From NCBI RefSeq assembly GCF_013149785.1, contig NZ_JABEZU010000001.1, positions 992,001-1,056,000 on the forward strand: a stretch of DNA of 64,000 nt, written 5' to 3'. Position numbers and translations under genes: made by a program. This document shows, piece after piece, positions 1 to 8,922 of this stretch. The stretch's first letter is position 1. Every line of letters starts with the position of its first letter. This DNA comes from Isoptericola halotolerans. GTDB taxonomy: Bacteria > Actinomycetota > Actinomycetes > Actinomycetales > Cellulomonadaceae. Under the pieces are notes generated by a model, which had not been told where the DNA came from, made no database searches, and saw only the letters and a program-made list of their open reading frames with translations.

Positions 1-1
1 C

Positions 2-676
2 TTCGAGGACCTCGGCGCGCTGCGTCAGCTCCCGGGTCTCGCGGTGCAGCGGCTCATGGCCAAGGGCTACGGCTTCGGCGCCGAGGGCGACTGGAAGACC
101 GCCGTGCTGGTCCGTGCCGCGAAGGTGATGGGCGAGGGGCTGCCCGGTGGCGCCTCCCTCATGGAGGACTACACCTACGACCTGACCCCGGGCAACGAGC
201 TCATCCTCGGTGCGCACATGCTCGAGATCTGCCCTTCGTTGACCACGTCGACGCCGCGGATCGAGATCCACCCGCTGGGGATCGGCGGCAAGGAGGACCC
301 GGTGCGGATGGTCTTCGACGCCGACACCACCTCCGGCGCCGTCGTCGTCTCGCTGGCCGACATGCGCGACCGGTTCCGCCTCACCGCGAACGTGGTCGAC
401 GTGGTGCCCCCGTCGGCGGAGCTGCCGAACCTGCCGGTGGCCCGGGCCGTGTGGAAGCCTCGCCCGGACTTCGAGACGTCGGCCGAGGCCTGGCTGACGG
501 CGGGCGGTGCGCACCACACGGTGATGTCGACCGCGGCCGGCGTCGAGGCCTTCGAGGTCTTCGCCCAGATCGCCGGGACCGAGCTGCTCGTCATCGACGA
601 GTCCACGACCCGGCGTGGCTTCGCCGACCAGGTGCGGTGGAACCAGGTGTACTACCGCGTCGCTCAGGGGCTCTGA
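2..676 (+). CDS. araA: L-arabinose isomerase, C-terminal part (5' end outside window)
   Basis: Motifs [32 protein letters not shown] and AGGAHHT; frame is open from the window start. Confidence 0.95.
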   Translation, partial: FEDLGALRQLPGLAVQRLMAKGYGFGAEGDWKTAVLVRAAKVMGEGLPGGASLMEDYTYDLTPGNELILGAHMLEICPSLTTSTPRIEIHPLGIGGKEDPVRMVFDADTTSGAVVVSLADMRDRFRLTANVVDVVPPSAELPNLPVARAVWKPRPDFETSAEAWLTAGGAHHTVMSTAAGVEAFEVFAQIAGTELLVIDESTTRRGFADQVRWNQVYYRVAQGL

Positions 677-694
677 CCCCCCTCCCGCCGAACC

Positions 695-770
695 CGCCCC
701 CGCTGTGGGTGCACGACACGCCGTCGGACCATCGGGTCCGACGGCGTGTCGTGCACCCACAGCGGGGGCG
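695..770. repeat. Perfect 36-bp inverted repeat with 4-nt loop (REP-like hairpin/terminator) after araA
   Basis: cgcccccgctgtgggtgcacgacacgccgtcggacc-atcg-ggtccgacggcgtgtcgtgcacccacagcgggggcg. Confidence 0.9.
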
Positions 771-863
771 TTCAGCGGGGGCCGTTCGCCGTCGGCGGTA
801 GTCTGTGGACGCCGCACCGCCGCACAGCCGCGCGGTCGCCGGCAGAACCCGAGGGAGGCCCGC

Positions 864-1883
864 ATGGCGAGTCCCGGTGCCGACAAGCCGAACATCCGGC
901 AGGTCGCACAGCTCGCCGGCGTGTCGCACATGACGGTGTCCCGGGTGCTCAACGACCACCCGAACATCCGCGACACCACCCGTCGTCGCGTGCAGGAGGC
1001 CATCTCCGAGCTCGGGTACCGGCCGAGCATGACGGCCCGGGCCCTCGCCACCCAACGCAGCCGACGCATCGGCGTCCTCGTGGAGAGCGCGGTGACCTAC
1101 GGGCCGACCAGCACCCTGTACGCCGTCGAGTCCGCCGCCCGGGCGTCGGGCTACGAGGTCAGCTCGATCCTCCTGCGGGCCGGTGAGGAGATCACCCCGC
1201 AGGAGGCCGTCGACCACCTGCTCGCCCTCGGCATCGACGCGCTGTGCGTCGTCGCGCCCCGGTCGTCGTCGATCGCCGCACTGCGCCGGATCGCCGTCGG
1301 CGTGCCCGTGCTCGTCGTCAAGCCCGAGAAGGACCCCACCTTCCTCACGGTGACCGTCGACCAGCAGGCGGGAACGGCCCTCGCCGTCGACCACCTGGTC
1401 TCGCTCGGGCACCGCGACATCCTGCACCTGGCCGGCCCGCTCGACTGGCTCGACGCCCGGACGCGGGAGAGGGCGTTCCACGCCCGGGCGAAGTCCTGGG
1501 GGATCCGCGAGCGGCCCATCGTCGTGGGCGACTGGACGGCCGACTTCGCGTACGACTTCGCGCGCGGCATCCGGGAGCTCCCCGCCTACACGGCGGTGTT
1601 CGTCGCGAACGACGACATGGCGATCGGGCTCGTCCACGGGCTGCACGAACGCGGGTTCTCCGTGCCGGACGACCTGAGCGTCGTCGGGTTCGACGACATC
1701 CCCCTCGCGCGGCACGTGATCCCGCCGCTGACCACGGTGCGGCAGAACTTCGAGGCGCTCGGGGTCTCCGTCGTCGACGTCCTGAGAGCGGCGATCGAGG
1801 ACCGCGAGATCCCGGCAGCCACCCGCATCCCTGCCGAGATCGTCGCGCGCGCGTCGAGCGCACCGCCCAGGAAGGTCGACTGA
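864..1883 (+). CDS. LacI-family transcriptional regulator (probable arabinose regulon repressor, AraQ-like)
   Basis: HTH IRQVAQLAGVSHMTVSRVLN, C-terminal VVGFDDIP and PPLTTVRQ; RBS GGAGG before ATG 864. Confidence 0.93.
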   Translation: MASPGADKPNIRQVAQLAGVSHMTVSRVLNDHPNIRDTTRRRVQEAISELGYRPSMTARALATQRSRRIGVLVESAVTYGPTSTLYAVESAARASGYEVSSILLRAGEEITPQEAVDHLLALGIDALCVVAPRSSSIAALRRIAVGVPVLVVKPEKDPTFLTVTVDQQAGTALAVDHLVSLGHRDILHLAGPLDWLDARTRERAFHARAKSWGIRERPIVVGDWTADFAYDFARGIRELPAYTAVFVANDDMAIGLVHGLHERGFSVPDDLSVVGFDDIPLARHVIPPLTTVRQNFEALGVSVVDVLRAAIEDREIPAATRIPAEIVARASSAPPRKVD

Positions 1884-3451
1884 TGGCCGCGCGGGACGTG
1901 CCGGTGGAGGTGACCGCACCCGTCGTCGAGATGCGCGGGATCACCGTGGAGTACTCGGGCGTGCGGGTCCTCGACGGGGCGGACCTCACGCTGCGCCCCG
2001 GGGAGGTGCACGCCCTCATGGGGGAGAACGGCGCCGGGAAGTCCACCCTCATCGGGGCGCTGACGGGCACGGTGCCCATCCTCGCGGGCACGGTCCTGGT
2101 CGACGGGCTGCCCCGCACGCCCACCAGCGTCGCCCGGAGCCGGGCCGAGGGCATCGCGACCGTCTTCCAGGAGTCCCACCTGAGCCCGCACCTCTCGGTG
2201 GCCGAGAACATCATGATCGGTCACGAGGTGCGGGGGCGGTTCGGCATCAGCTGGGCGCGGAGCAGGAAGCAGGCCGAGGCCGCACTCGCCACCGTCGGCA
2301 TCGAGGACGTCGACCCGAGAGCACCGCTGGCGGCGTTGTCGCCGGCGACCAAGCAGCTGGTGGCCGTCGCCCGCGCCATCGTGCTGGAGCCGCGCGTCCT
2401 GGTGCTCGACGAACCCACGTCGAGCCTCGACGAGTCCGAGGCCACCCGGCTGCTCCGGGTCGTGCGCCGTCTGCGGGACCAGGGTGTCGCCGTCCTGTTC
2501 GTCTCGCACTTCCTCGAGCAGGTGTTCGCGGTGAGCGACCGGATGACGGTTCTGCGGGGCGGTCGCGTCGTGGCCGAGTACCGGACGGCCGAGGTGGATC
2601 GTGCCGAGCTGATCTCCAAGATGATCGGCGAGGACATCGACGCGCTGCAGGCGCTGCACTCCCAGCGGCTCTCGCACCACTACGCGGAGTCGAGCCGGGT
2701 GGCTCTGCGGGCGACGTCCCTCGGACGCCGGGGGATGCTCGGGCCCACGGACCTCGACCTGGCCCGGGGCGAGGTGGTGGGGTTCGCCGGCCTGCGGGGT
2801 TCGGGCCGCACGGAGCTCGCCCGGCTGATGAGCGGCGTGCAGCGCGCGGACCGCGGCGAGCTGTGGCTGGACGGCGAGCGGGTGCAGCTGCGCGGTCCGG
2901 CGGCCGCGCTGCGGCACCGGATCGCCGTGTCGAGCGAGAACCTCCGCCATGAGGGCATCGTGGCGGGTCTCACGGTGCGGGAGAACATCGTCCTGGCGCT
3001 GCAGGCGCTGCGCGGCTGGGCGCGGCCGTTGTCCCGGGCGGAGCAGGACGCCGTGGTCGACACGTACCTCGATGCCCTGCACCTGGCGCACGAGGACCTG
3101 GACCGCCCGGCCGGCGAGCTGTCGGGAGGGACCCAGCAGAAGGTCATGCTGGCGCGGTTGCTGGCCACGCGGCCGCATGTGCTGATCCTCGACGAGCCGA
3201 CGCGCGGGATCGACATCGGCGCCAAGCTCGACATCCAGCGCCGGGTCGCGAAGCTCGCCGGCGAAGGGGTCGCCGTCGTCTTCATCTCCTCCGAGCTCGA
3301 GGAGGTGGTCCGCCTGAGCGACCGCATCGTGGTCCTCAAGGACCGCGAGAAGATCGGTGAGCTGAGCAACGGGCCGGGGGTCACGGTCGACACGATCGTC
3401 GAGATGATCGCGGCGGAGCTGGACGGTCCCGACCCGGGCGACGACGGCTGA
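1883..3451 (+). CDS. Sugar ABC transporter ATP-binding protein (CUT2, double NBD)
   Basis: Walker A GENGAGKST, LDEPT twice, LSGGTQQK; TGATG overlap with the lacI stop. Confidence 0.9.
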   Translation: MAARDVPVEVTAPVVEMRGITVEYSGVRVLDGADLTLRPGEVHALMGENGAGKSTLIGALTGTVPILAGTVLVDGLPRTPTSVARSRAEGIATVFQESHLSPHLSVAENIMIGHEVRGRFGISWARSRKQAEAALATVGIEDVDPRAPLAALSPATKQLVAVARAIVLEPRVLVLDEPTSSLDESEATRLLRVVRRLRDQGVAVLFVSHFLEQVFAVSDRMTVLRGGRVVAEYRTAEVDRAELISKMIGEDIDALQALHSQRLSHHYAESSRVALRATSLGRRGMLGPTDLDLARGEVVGFAGLRGSGRTELARLMSGVQRADRGELWLDGERVQLRGPAAALRHRIAVSSENLRHEGIVAGLTVRENIVLALQALRGWARPLSRAEQDAVVDTYLDALHLAHEDLDRPAGELSGGTQQKVMLARLLATRPHVLILDEPTRGIDIGAKLDIQRRVAKLAGEGVAVVFISSELEEVVRLSDRIVVLKDREKIGELSNGPGVTVDTIVEMIAAELDGPDPGDDG

Positions 3452-3509
3452 CCGACGCCCGCGCCGGGTGTTACGCGATCGTGACGTACCAATGTCCGCG
3501 GAGACCTTT

Positions 3510-3546
3510 TGTGACCGGTCACATCTCCGCTATGTTAGCGGTCACA
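3510..3546. promoter_or_regulatory. Two LacI-type operators (TGTGACCGGTCACA 3510-3523; TGTTAGCGGTCACA 3533-3546) upstream of the ABC operon
   Basis: lacO-like palindromes with central CG in an AT-richer promoter region. Confidence 0.7.
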
Positions 3547-3623
3547 ACACAAGCCATGCCGGAGGTCGAAGCTGACCTCGGACCGGACTCACCGGTCGAC
3601 CGGCGTCTCGAAGAGGAGTGGAC

Positions 3624-4643
3624 ATGGCACGGAAGATGTGGATGCGCGGCACGGTGGCCGCCGTCTCGGCAGTCGCGATGCTGACCCTGGCGGCCTGCAG
3701 CAGCGAGCAGGCACCGTCCGGCTCGGGCGAGGAGACCGCGGCCGGCGGGGACGAGATGTCCGAGGGTGACGACCTCATCACGATCGGCTTCTCCCAGGTG
3801 GGCGCGGAGTCCGGCTGGCGCGCCGCCAACACCCAGTCCATCCAGGACACCCTGACAGAGGAGAACGGCTTCTCGCTCAGCTTCTCCGACGCCCAGCAGA
3901 AGCAGGAGAACCAGATCCAGGCGATCCGCTCCTACATCTCCCAGGGCGTCGACGTGATCGCGTTCTCGCCGGTCGTCGAGACCGGCTGGGACCCGGTGCT
4001 GCAGGAGGCGCAGTCCGCCGGCATCCCGGTCATCCTCACCGACCGCGCCGTCGACTCCGAGGACGACAGCCTCTACGAGTCCTTCATCGGCTCGGACTTC
4101 GTGCTCGAGGGCGAGATGGCCGGCGAGTGGGCCGTCGAGCAGTACGACGGCGAGGGCTACACGATGGTCGAGCTGCAGGGCACCACCGGCTCCGCACCCG
4201 CCATCGACCGCAAGGAGGGCTTCGCCGCGGCGATCGAGGGCAGCGACATCGAGGTCGTCGACTCCCAGACGGGCAACTTCACCCGCACCGAGGGCAAGCA
4301 GGTGATGGAGGGCTTCCTGCAGAAGTACGACGACATCGACCTCGTCTTCGCCCACAACGACGACATGGGCCTGGGTGCCATCGAGGCCATCGAGGCCGCC
4401 GGGATGGTGCCCGGCGAGGACATCAAGATCATCACGATCGACGCGGTCAAGGACGGCATGCAGGCACTCGCCGACGGCAAGATCAACTACATCGTCGAGT
4501 GCAACCCGCTGCTCGGTCCGGACCTCGCCGAGATCGCCCAGAAGGTCATCGCCGGCGAGCCGGTGGAGAAGCGCATCGTGGTCGAGGACCTCGCCTTCGA
4601 CCAGGAGGCGGCCATCGAGGCCCTGCCCGACCGCCAGTACTGA
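3624..4643 (+). CDS. Sugar ABC substrate-binding lipoprotein, YtfQ-like (arabinose/galactofuranose)
   Basis: Lipobox LAAC; GFSQVGAESGWRAANT and DAQQKQENQI typical of the YtfQ family. Confidence 0.9.
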   Translation: MARKMWMRGTVAAVSAVAMLTLAACSSEQAPSGSGEETAAGGDEMSEGDDLITIGFSQVGAESGWRAANTQSIQDTLTEENGFSLSFSDAQQKQENQIQAIRSYISQGVDVIAFSPVVETGWDPVLQEAQSAGIPVILTDRAVDSEDDSLYESFIGSDFVLEGEMAGEWAVEQYDGEGYTMVELQGTTGSAPAIDRKEGFAAAIEGSDIEVVDSQTGNFTRTEGKQVMEGFLQKYDDIDLVFAHNDDMGLGAIEAIEAAGMVPGEDIKIITIDAVKDGMQALADGKINYIVECNPLLGPDLAEIAQKVIAGEPVEKRIVVEDLAFDQEAAIEALPDRQY

Positions 4644-4649
4644 TCGGTC

Positions 4650-4726
4650 GCCCGGCGGGCAGGACGCGGTCCGCCCGCCGGGCATCCCCCTGAACCCGCG
4701 GCGAGGTGCGACCGCACCTCGCCGCG
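4650..4726 (+). promoter_or_regulatory. Two intercistronic GC hairpins after the SBP gene (mRNA stabiliser/attenuator)
   Basis: gcccggcgggc..gcccgccgggc (4650-4683) and cgcggcgaggtgcg-ac-cgcacctcgccgcg (4697-4726). Confidence 0.6.
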
Positions 4727-4744
4727 TTCCACGGAAGGTCAACG

Positions 4745-6283
4745 ATGACGAGCTCCGAGACGGTGGAGCGGCCTGTCGTCGAGATGACCGGGATCTCCAT
4801 CGAGTTCCCCGGCGTCAAGGCGCTCGACCAGGTCGACCTCCGCCTGCTCCCCGGCGAGGTGCACGCCCTGATGGGCGAGAACGGCGCCGGCAAGTCCACC
4901 CTGATCAAGGCGCTCACCGGCGTCTACGACATCGACGCCGGGCAGATCCGCGTCGACGGTGCGCACCACCGGTTCTCCGGTCCCGGCGAGGCCCAGTCCG
5001 CCGGCATCGCGACGGTGTACCAGGAGGTCAACCTCTGCGAGAACCTCACCGTCGCCGAGAACATCATGCTGGGCAACGAGCCACGGCGGTTCGGTGCGAT
5101 CGACTGGCGTGCCACCCGCAGGGAGGCCGCCCGCCACCTGGCCACCATGGGCCTCGACATCGACCCGTCGTCGTCGCTCGGTGCGCACTCGATCGCGGTG
5201 CAGCAGCTGGTGGCGATCAGTCGCGCGATGGTCGTCGAGGCGAAGGTCCTCATCCTCGACGAGCCCACGTCCAGCCTCGACGCCGACGAGGTGGCCCAGC
5301 TCTTCGCCGTCGTGCGCAGGCTGCGCGACGAGGGCGTGGCGATCCTGTTCGTCTCGCACTTCATCGAGCAGGTGTACGAGATCTCCGACCGGATGACGGT
5401 GCTGCGCAACGGCCGGCGCATCGGGGAGTACCTCACGGCCGAGACGGACCGGGTCGAGCTGGTCTCCACGATGATCGGCCGCTCGATGGAGGTGCTCGAG
5501 GACCTGCACGTCACGACCGACCGGGCCGTGCAGATCGAGCGCGGCAACGCCCCGTTCCTGCAGGCCGTGGGTCTCGGGCGCAAGGGGAGCGTCCAGCCGT
5601 TCGACCTGGACGTCTACGCGGGGGAGGTCGTGGGCCTGGCCGGGCTGCTCGGCTCGGGACGGACCGAGGTCGCTCGCCTGCTGGCGGGTGCGGACCGCTC
5701 CGACGAGGGGTCCACGCAGATCAAGGGGCTCCCGGCCCGGCTGGGCACCCCCCGGGCCGCGATCGCCCGGGGAATCGCCTTCTCCTCGGAGGACCGCAAG
5801 GCCGAGGGCGTCGTGGGTGACCTCACCGTCCGCGAGAACATCGTCCTGGGCCTCCAGGCCGGTCGCGGCTGGATGCGTCGCCTGCCGAGCCGCCAGGTCG
5901 ACGAGATCGTCACGAAGTACATCCGGGCGCTGAACATCCGCCCGGCCAACCCGCAGGCCCTGCTGCGCAACCTCTCCGGCGGGAACCAGCAGAAGGTGCT
6001 GCTCGCCCGATGGCTGGCGACGGCGCCGCAGCTGCTCATACTGGACGAGCCGACGCGCGGCATCGACGTCGGTGCCAAGGCGGAGATCCAGAAGCTCGTC
6101 GCCGAGCTCGCCGGCCAGGGCATGGGCGTCGTGTTCATCTCGGCGGAGCTGGAGGAGGTCCTGCGGCTCAGCCACCGGATCGCCGTGATGCGCGACCGGG
6201 AGAAGGTGGCCGAGGTGGTCAACACCGAGGATGTCGGGGTCGACGACGTCGTCGACCTCATCGCGAGTGGAGGGAAGCACTGA
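4745..6283 (+). CDS. Sugar ABC ATP-binding protein, YtfR-like
   Basis: GENGAGKST, EDRKAEG, LSGGNQQK, DEPTRGID. Confidence 0.93.
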   Translation: MTSSETVERPVVEMTGISIEFPGVKALDQVDLRLLPGEVHALMGENGAGKSTLIKALTGVYDIDAGQIRVDGAHHRFSGPGEAQSAGIATVYQEVNLCENLTVAENIMLGNEPRRFGAIDWRATRREAARHLATMGLDIDPSSSLGAHSIAVQQLVAISRAMVVEAKVLILDEPTSSLDADEVAQLFAVVRRLRDEGVAILFVSHFIEQVYEISDRMTVLRNGRRIGEYLTAETDRVELVSTMIGRSMEVLEDLHVTTDRAVQIERGNAPFLQAVGLGRKGSVQPFDLDVYAGEVVGLAGLLGSGRTEVARLLAGADRSDEGSTQIKGLPARLGTPRAAIARGIAFSSEDRKAEGVVGDLTVRENIVLGLQAGRGWMRRLPSRQVDEIVTKYIRALNIRPANPQALLRNLSGGNQQKVLLARWLATAPQLLILDEPTRGIDVGAKAEIQKLVAELAGQGMGVVFISAELEEVLRLSHRIAVMRDREKVAEVVNTEDVGVDDVVDLIASGGKH

Positions 6284-7356
6284 TGCCGACGACGACACCG
6301 GCACGACCACGTGCCGCCGAGGGCGGCCTGCGCAGGATCGCCCACCACACCCTGTTCTGGCCGGTCGTGGCGCTCATCGCGCTCCTGGCGGCCAACACGG
6401 TCTACCGGCCCAGCTTCCTGTCCGTCACGGTGCTCAACGGGCACCTGTTCGGCGCCCCGATCGACATCCTGCGCAACTCCGCACCCCTGATGCTGGTCGC
6501 GCTCGGCATGACCCTGGTGATCGCGACCCGGGGCATCGACCTGTCGGTGGGGGCCGTCGTCGCCATCTCGGGGGCCCTGTCGCTCAGCTTCATCGCCACC
6601 TCGCCCAACCCCGGATCGCTCTCGACGGTGCTCCTGGCCATCGCCATCGCCCTGGGAGTCTCCCTGGTGCTCGGCGTGTGGAACGGGTTCCTCGTCTCGG
6701 TGGTCGGCATCCAGCCGATCATCGCGACGCTGATCCTCATGACGGCGGGACGGGGCATCGCGATGCTCATCACCGAGGGGCAGATCACCACCGTCACGAG
6801 CCCGCCGTTCAAGACGCTCGGTGCCGGGTTCTGGCTCGGGCTGCCGGTCGCGACGCTCGTCGCCGGCGGGGTCTTCCTCCTGGTGGCGTTCCTGACGCGC
6901 CGCACCGCGCTGGGCATGCTGGTGGAGTCCGTGGGCATCAACCCCTCGGCCAGCCGTCTCGCCGGGGTGAAGGCTCGCACGATCGTGTGGACGGTCTTCG
7001 CGCTCTCCGGCCTGTTCTCGGGTCTGGCAGGGCTGATCCTGGCGTCCAACGTCATGGCGGCCGACGCCAACAACGCCGGCCTGTTCATCGAGCTCGACGC
7101 CATCCTGGCCGTCGTCATCGGCGGGACGTCGTTGCAGGGCGGCAAGTTCTCCCTCTCCGGCACGTTCGTCGGGGTGCTCATCATCACCACCCTCACCCTC
7201 ACCGTCACGATCGTGGGGATCTCCCCGCTGGTGACGCCGTTGTTCAAGGCCCTGGTCGTCATCGCGGTGACGCTCCTGCAGTCACCGCGGATCAGGGAGT
7301 CGTTCGCCGCCCGAGCCCGACAGCGGGCCGCTCGTCCCGAGGAGGTGTCCGCCTGA
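6283..7356 (+). CDS. Sugar ABC permease, YtfT-like
   Basis: Hydrophobic; GIDLSVG, ELDAILAVVIGGT; TGATG coupling. Confidence 0.92.
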   Translation: MPTTTPARPRAAEGGLRRIAHHTLFWPVVALIALLAANTVYRPSFLSVTVLNGHLFGAPIDILRNSAPLMLVALGMTLVIATRGIDLSVGAVVAISGALSLSFIATSPNPGSLSTVLLAIAIALGVSLVLGVWNGFLVSVVGIQPIIATLILMTAGRGIAMLITEGQITTVTSPPFKTLGAGFWLGLPVATLVAGGVFLLVAFLTRRTALGMLVESVGINPSASRLAGVKARTIVWTVFALSGLFSGLAGLILASNVMAADANNAGLFIELDAILAVVIGGTSLQGGKFSLSGTFVGVLIITTLTLTVTIVGISPLVTPLFKALVVIAVTLLQSPRIRESFAARARQRAARPEEVSA

Positions 7357-8405
7357 TGGCTGCCGTCGCCCCTGAACGGTCCTCGACCGGTCCGGCCCCG
7401 TCACCCCGCGAGCGGAAGGGGGGCCCGTCGGTGCGAGCGATCGCGCGTCGGCTGCACGTCGACCGGCGCTACATGCCCGTCATCGGGACGTTCGTGGTGC
7501 TCGCCCTGATCCTCGCGATCGGTGGGGTCCGCTACGACAACTTCCTGTCCGTGCAGGTCCTGGCGAACCTCTTCATCAACAACTCGTTCCTCATCGTGCT
7601 CGCGGTCGGCATGACCTTCGTCATCCTCACCGGGGGTATCGACCTGTCGGTCGGTGCGGTCCTCGCGCTGTCCGCGGTGAGCGCCGCCTACCTGCTGGAC
7701 GTCGGGGTGCCGGCCGCGGTGGTCCTGCCGGCCGTGGTCCTGATCGGGTCGATCATCGGATTCCTCATCGGCGTGATGGTCCACGTCTTCGACGTCCAAC
7801 CGTTCATCGCGACGCTCGCCGGGATGTTCTTCGCCCGGGGGCTGTGCTTCGTCATCGCTCCCGAGTCGATCCCCATCACCGACGAGACCTTCGTCGCGAT
7901 CGCCGGCTGGGACACGTGGGTCGGCGGGCAGTGGCGGATGACCACCAGCGTGGTGGTCTCGCTGGTCGTGGTCGCCGTCGCCTTCTACCTGCTGCACTAC
8001 ACGCAGTTCGGTCGCACGGTGTACGCCATCGGCGGGGGCGAGCAGTCGGCCCAGCTCATGGGGCTGCCGGTCGCCCGCACCAAGGTGCTCGTCTACGTGG
8101 TCTCGGGCACCTGCGCCGGGCTCGGCGGGCTGCTCTTCGCGATGTACTCCCGGTCCGGCTACTCGCTGACCGGTGTGGCGATGGAGCTGGACGCGATCGC
8201 GGCCGTCGTCATCGGCGGGACGCTGCTGACCGGCGGGACGGGGTTCGTGCTGGGTTCCGTCCTCGGCGTGCTGGTGCTCGGTCTCATCCAGACGATCATC
8301 ACGTTCGAGGGAACGCTGAGCTCGTGGTGGACCAAGATCGTCATCGGCGTGCTGCTGCTGGTCTTCGTGGTTCTGCAGCGCGTCCTCACCCTGCGGCGGA
8401 CGTAG
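7356..8405 (+). CDS. Sugar ABC permease, YjfF-like
   Basis: GGIDLSVG, ELDAIAAVVIGGT, LSSWWTKIVIG; TGATG coupling. Confidence 0.92.
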   Translation: MAAVAPERSSTGPAPSPRERKGGPSVRAIARRLHVDRRYMPVIGTFVVLALILAIGGVRYDNFLSVQVLANLFINNSFLIVLAVGMTFVILTGGIDLSVGAVLALSAVSAAYLLDVGVPAAVVLPAVVLIGSIIGFLIGVMVHVFDVQPFIATLAGMFFARGLCFVIAPESIPITDETFVAIAGWDTWVGGQWRMTTSVVVSLVVVAVAFYLLHYTQFGRTVYAIGGGEQSAQLMGLPVARTKVLVYVVSGTCAGLGGLLFAMYSRSGYSLTGVAMELDAIAAVVIGGTLLTGGTGFVLGSVLGVLVLGLIQTIITFEGTLSSWWTKIVIGVLLLVFVVLQRVLTLRRT

Positions 8406-8482
8406 CGCCGTCCGGCCCGTCGTCCGCGACGGGCCGGACCGGCCCACCCCCCCAACCCGGACCGGAGGTGTCTCGCCCCCTT

Positions 8483-8500
8483 GATGTGAGCGCTCACATC
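8483..8500. promoter_or_regulatory. Perfect 18-bp LacI-type operator GATGTGAGCGCTCACATC
   Basis: Perfect palindrome whose core TGTGAGCGCTCACA equals the symmetric lacO core; resembles the 3510/3533 sites. Confidence 0.8.
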
Positions 8501-8590
8501 CTTAGATGTGCGAGGCGGCGACGATGCCGCCTCCGCACGCACGGCGCCGACCGGGCAGCACCGAGACGCGCTCAGCGAGGAGCAGTCGCG

Positions 8591-8836
8591 ATGTACCGAG
8601 CACGACGACGAGCAGCCCCGGTGGCGGTGGCCTCGGCCCTGGCATCGCCCGCCAGTCCTGGTCGACGGGGCATGGAGCGGAGGAGCGAACGGGTTCACGG
8701 ACGTCTCGGGCAGGCCGACACGGCAGCGCCGCCTGAGGTCACGGCCTGGGACGCCGCGGTCGTGGACGCGGAACCAGGAGCCCGGTGCCCCGCCCCTCGC
8801 CGAGCAGGAAGTTGGGCCCGTATTCCCTGTGGATAG
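8591..8836 (+). pseudogene. Possible small ORF or eroded remnant of a secreted protein gene
   Basis: AGGAG RBS then ATG with signal-peptide-like start MYRARRRAAPVAVASALA; downstream of the operator; runs into the hairpin repeat. Confidence 0.25.
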
Positions 8837-8861
8837 CGGGCTCAACCTCCTGGTCGGCAGC
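8794..8861. repeat. REP-like imperfect hairpin, copy 1 (5' of GH43 gene)
   Basis: ccctcgccgagcaggaagttgggcccg...cgggctcaacctcctggtcggcagc; first 27 nt identical to the copy at 11347. Confidence 0.85.
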
Positions 8862-8922
8862 CGTCGCCGACCGATATCGATTTCCGCAGACCTATCAGGA
8901 ACACCAACACCAGGAGGAAGAG

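Noticed and set aside
1244..3451. N-terminally extended or fused proteins suggested by the ORF track (also 23674-26310, 38248-40485, 48094-50187)
   Set aside because: The extensions overlap other genes; real starts are supported by RBS or stop/start overlaps
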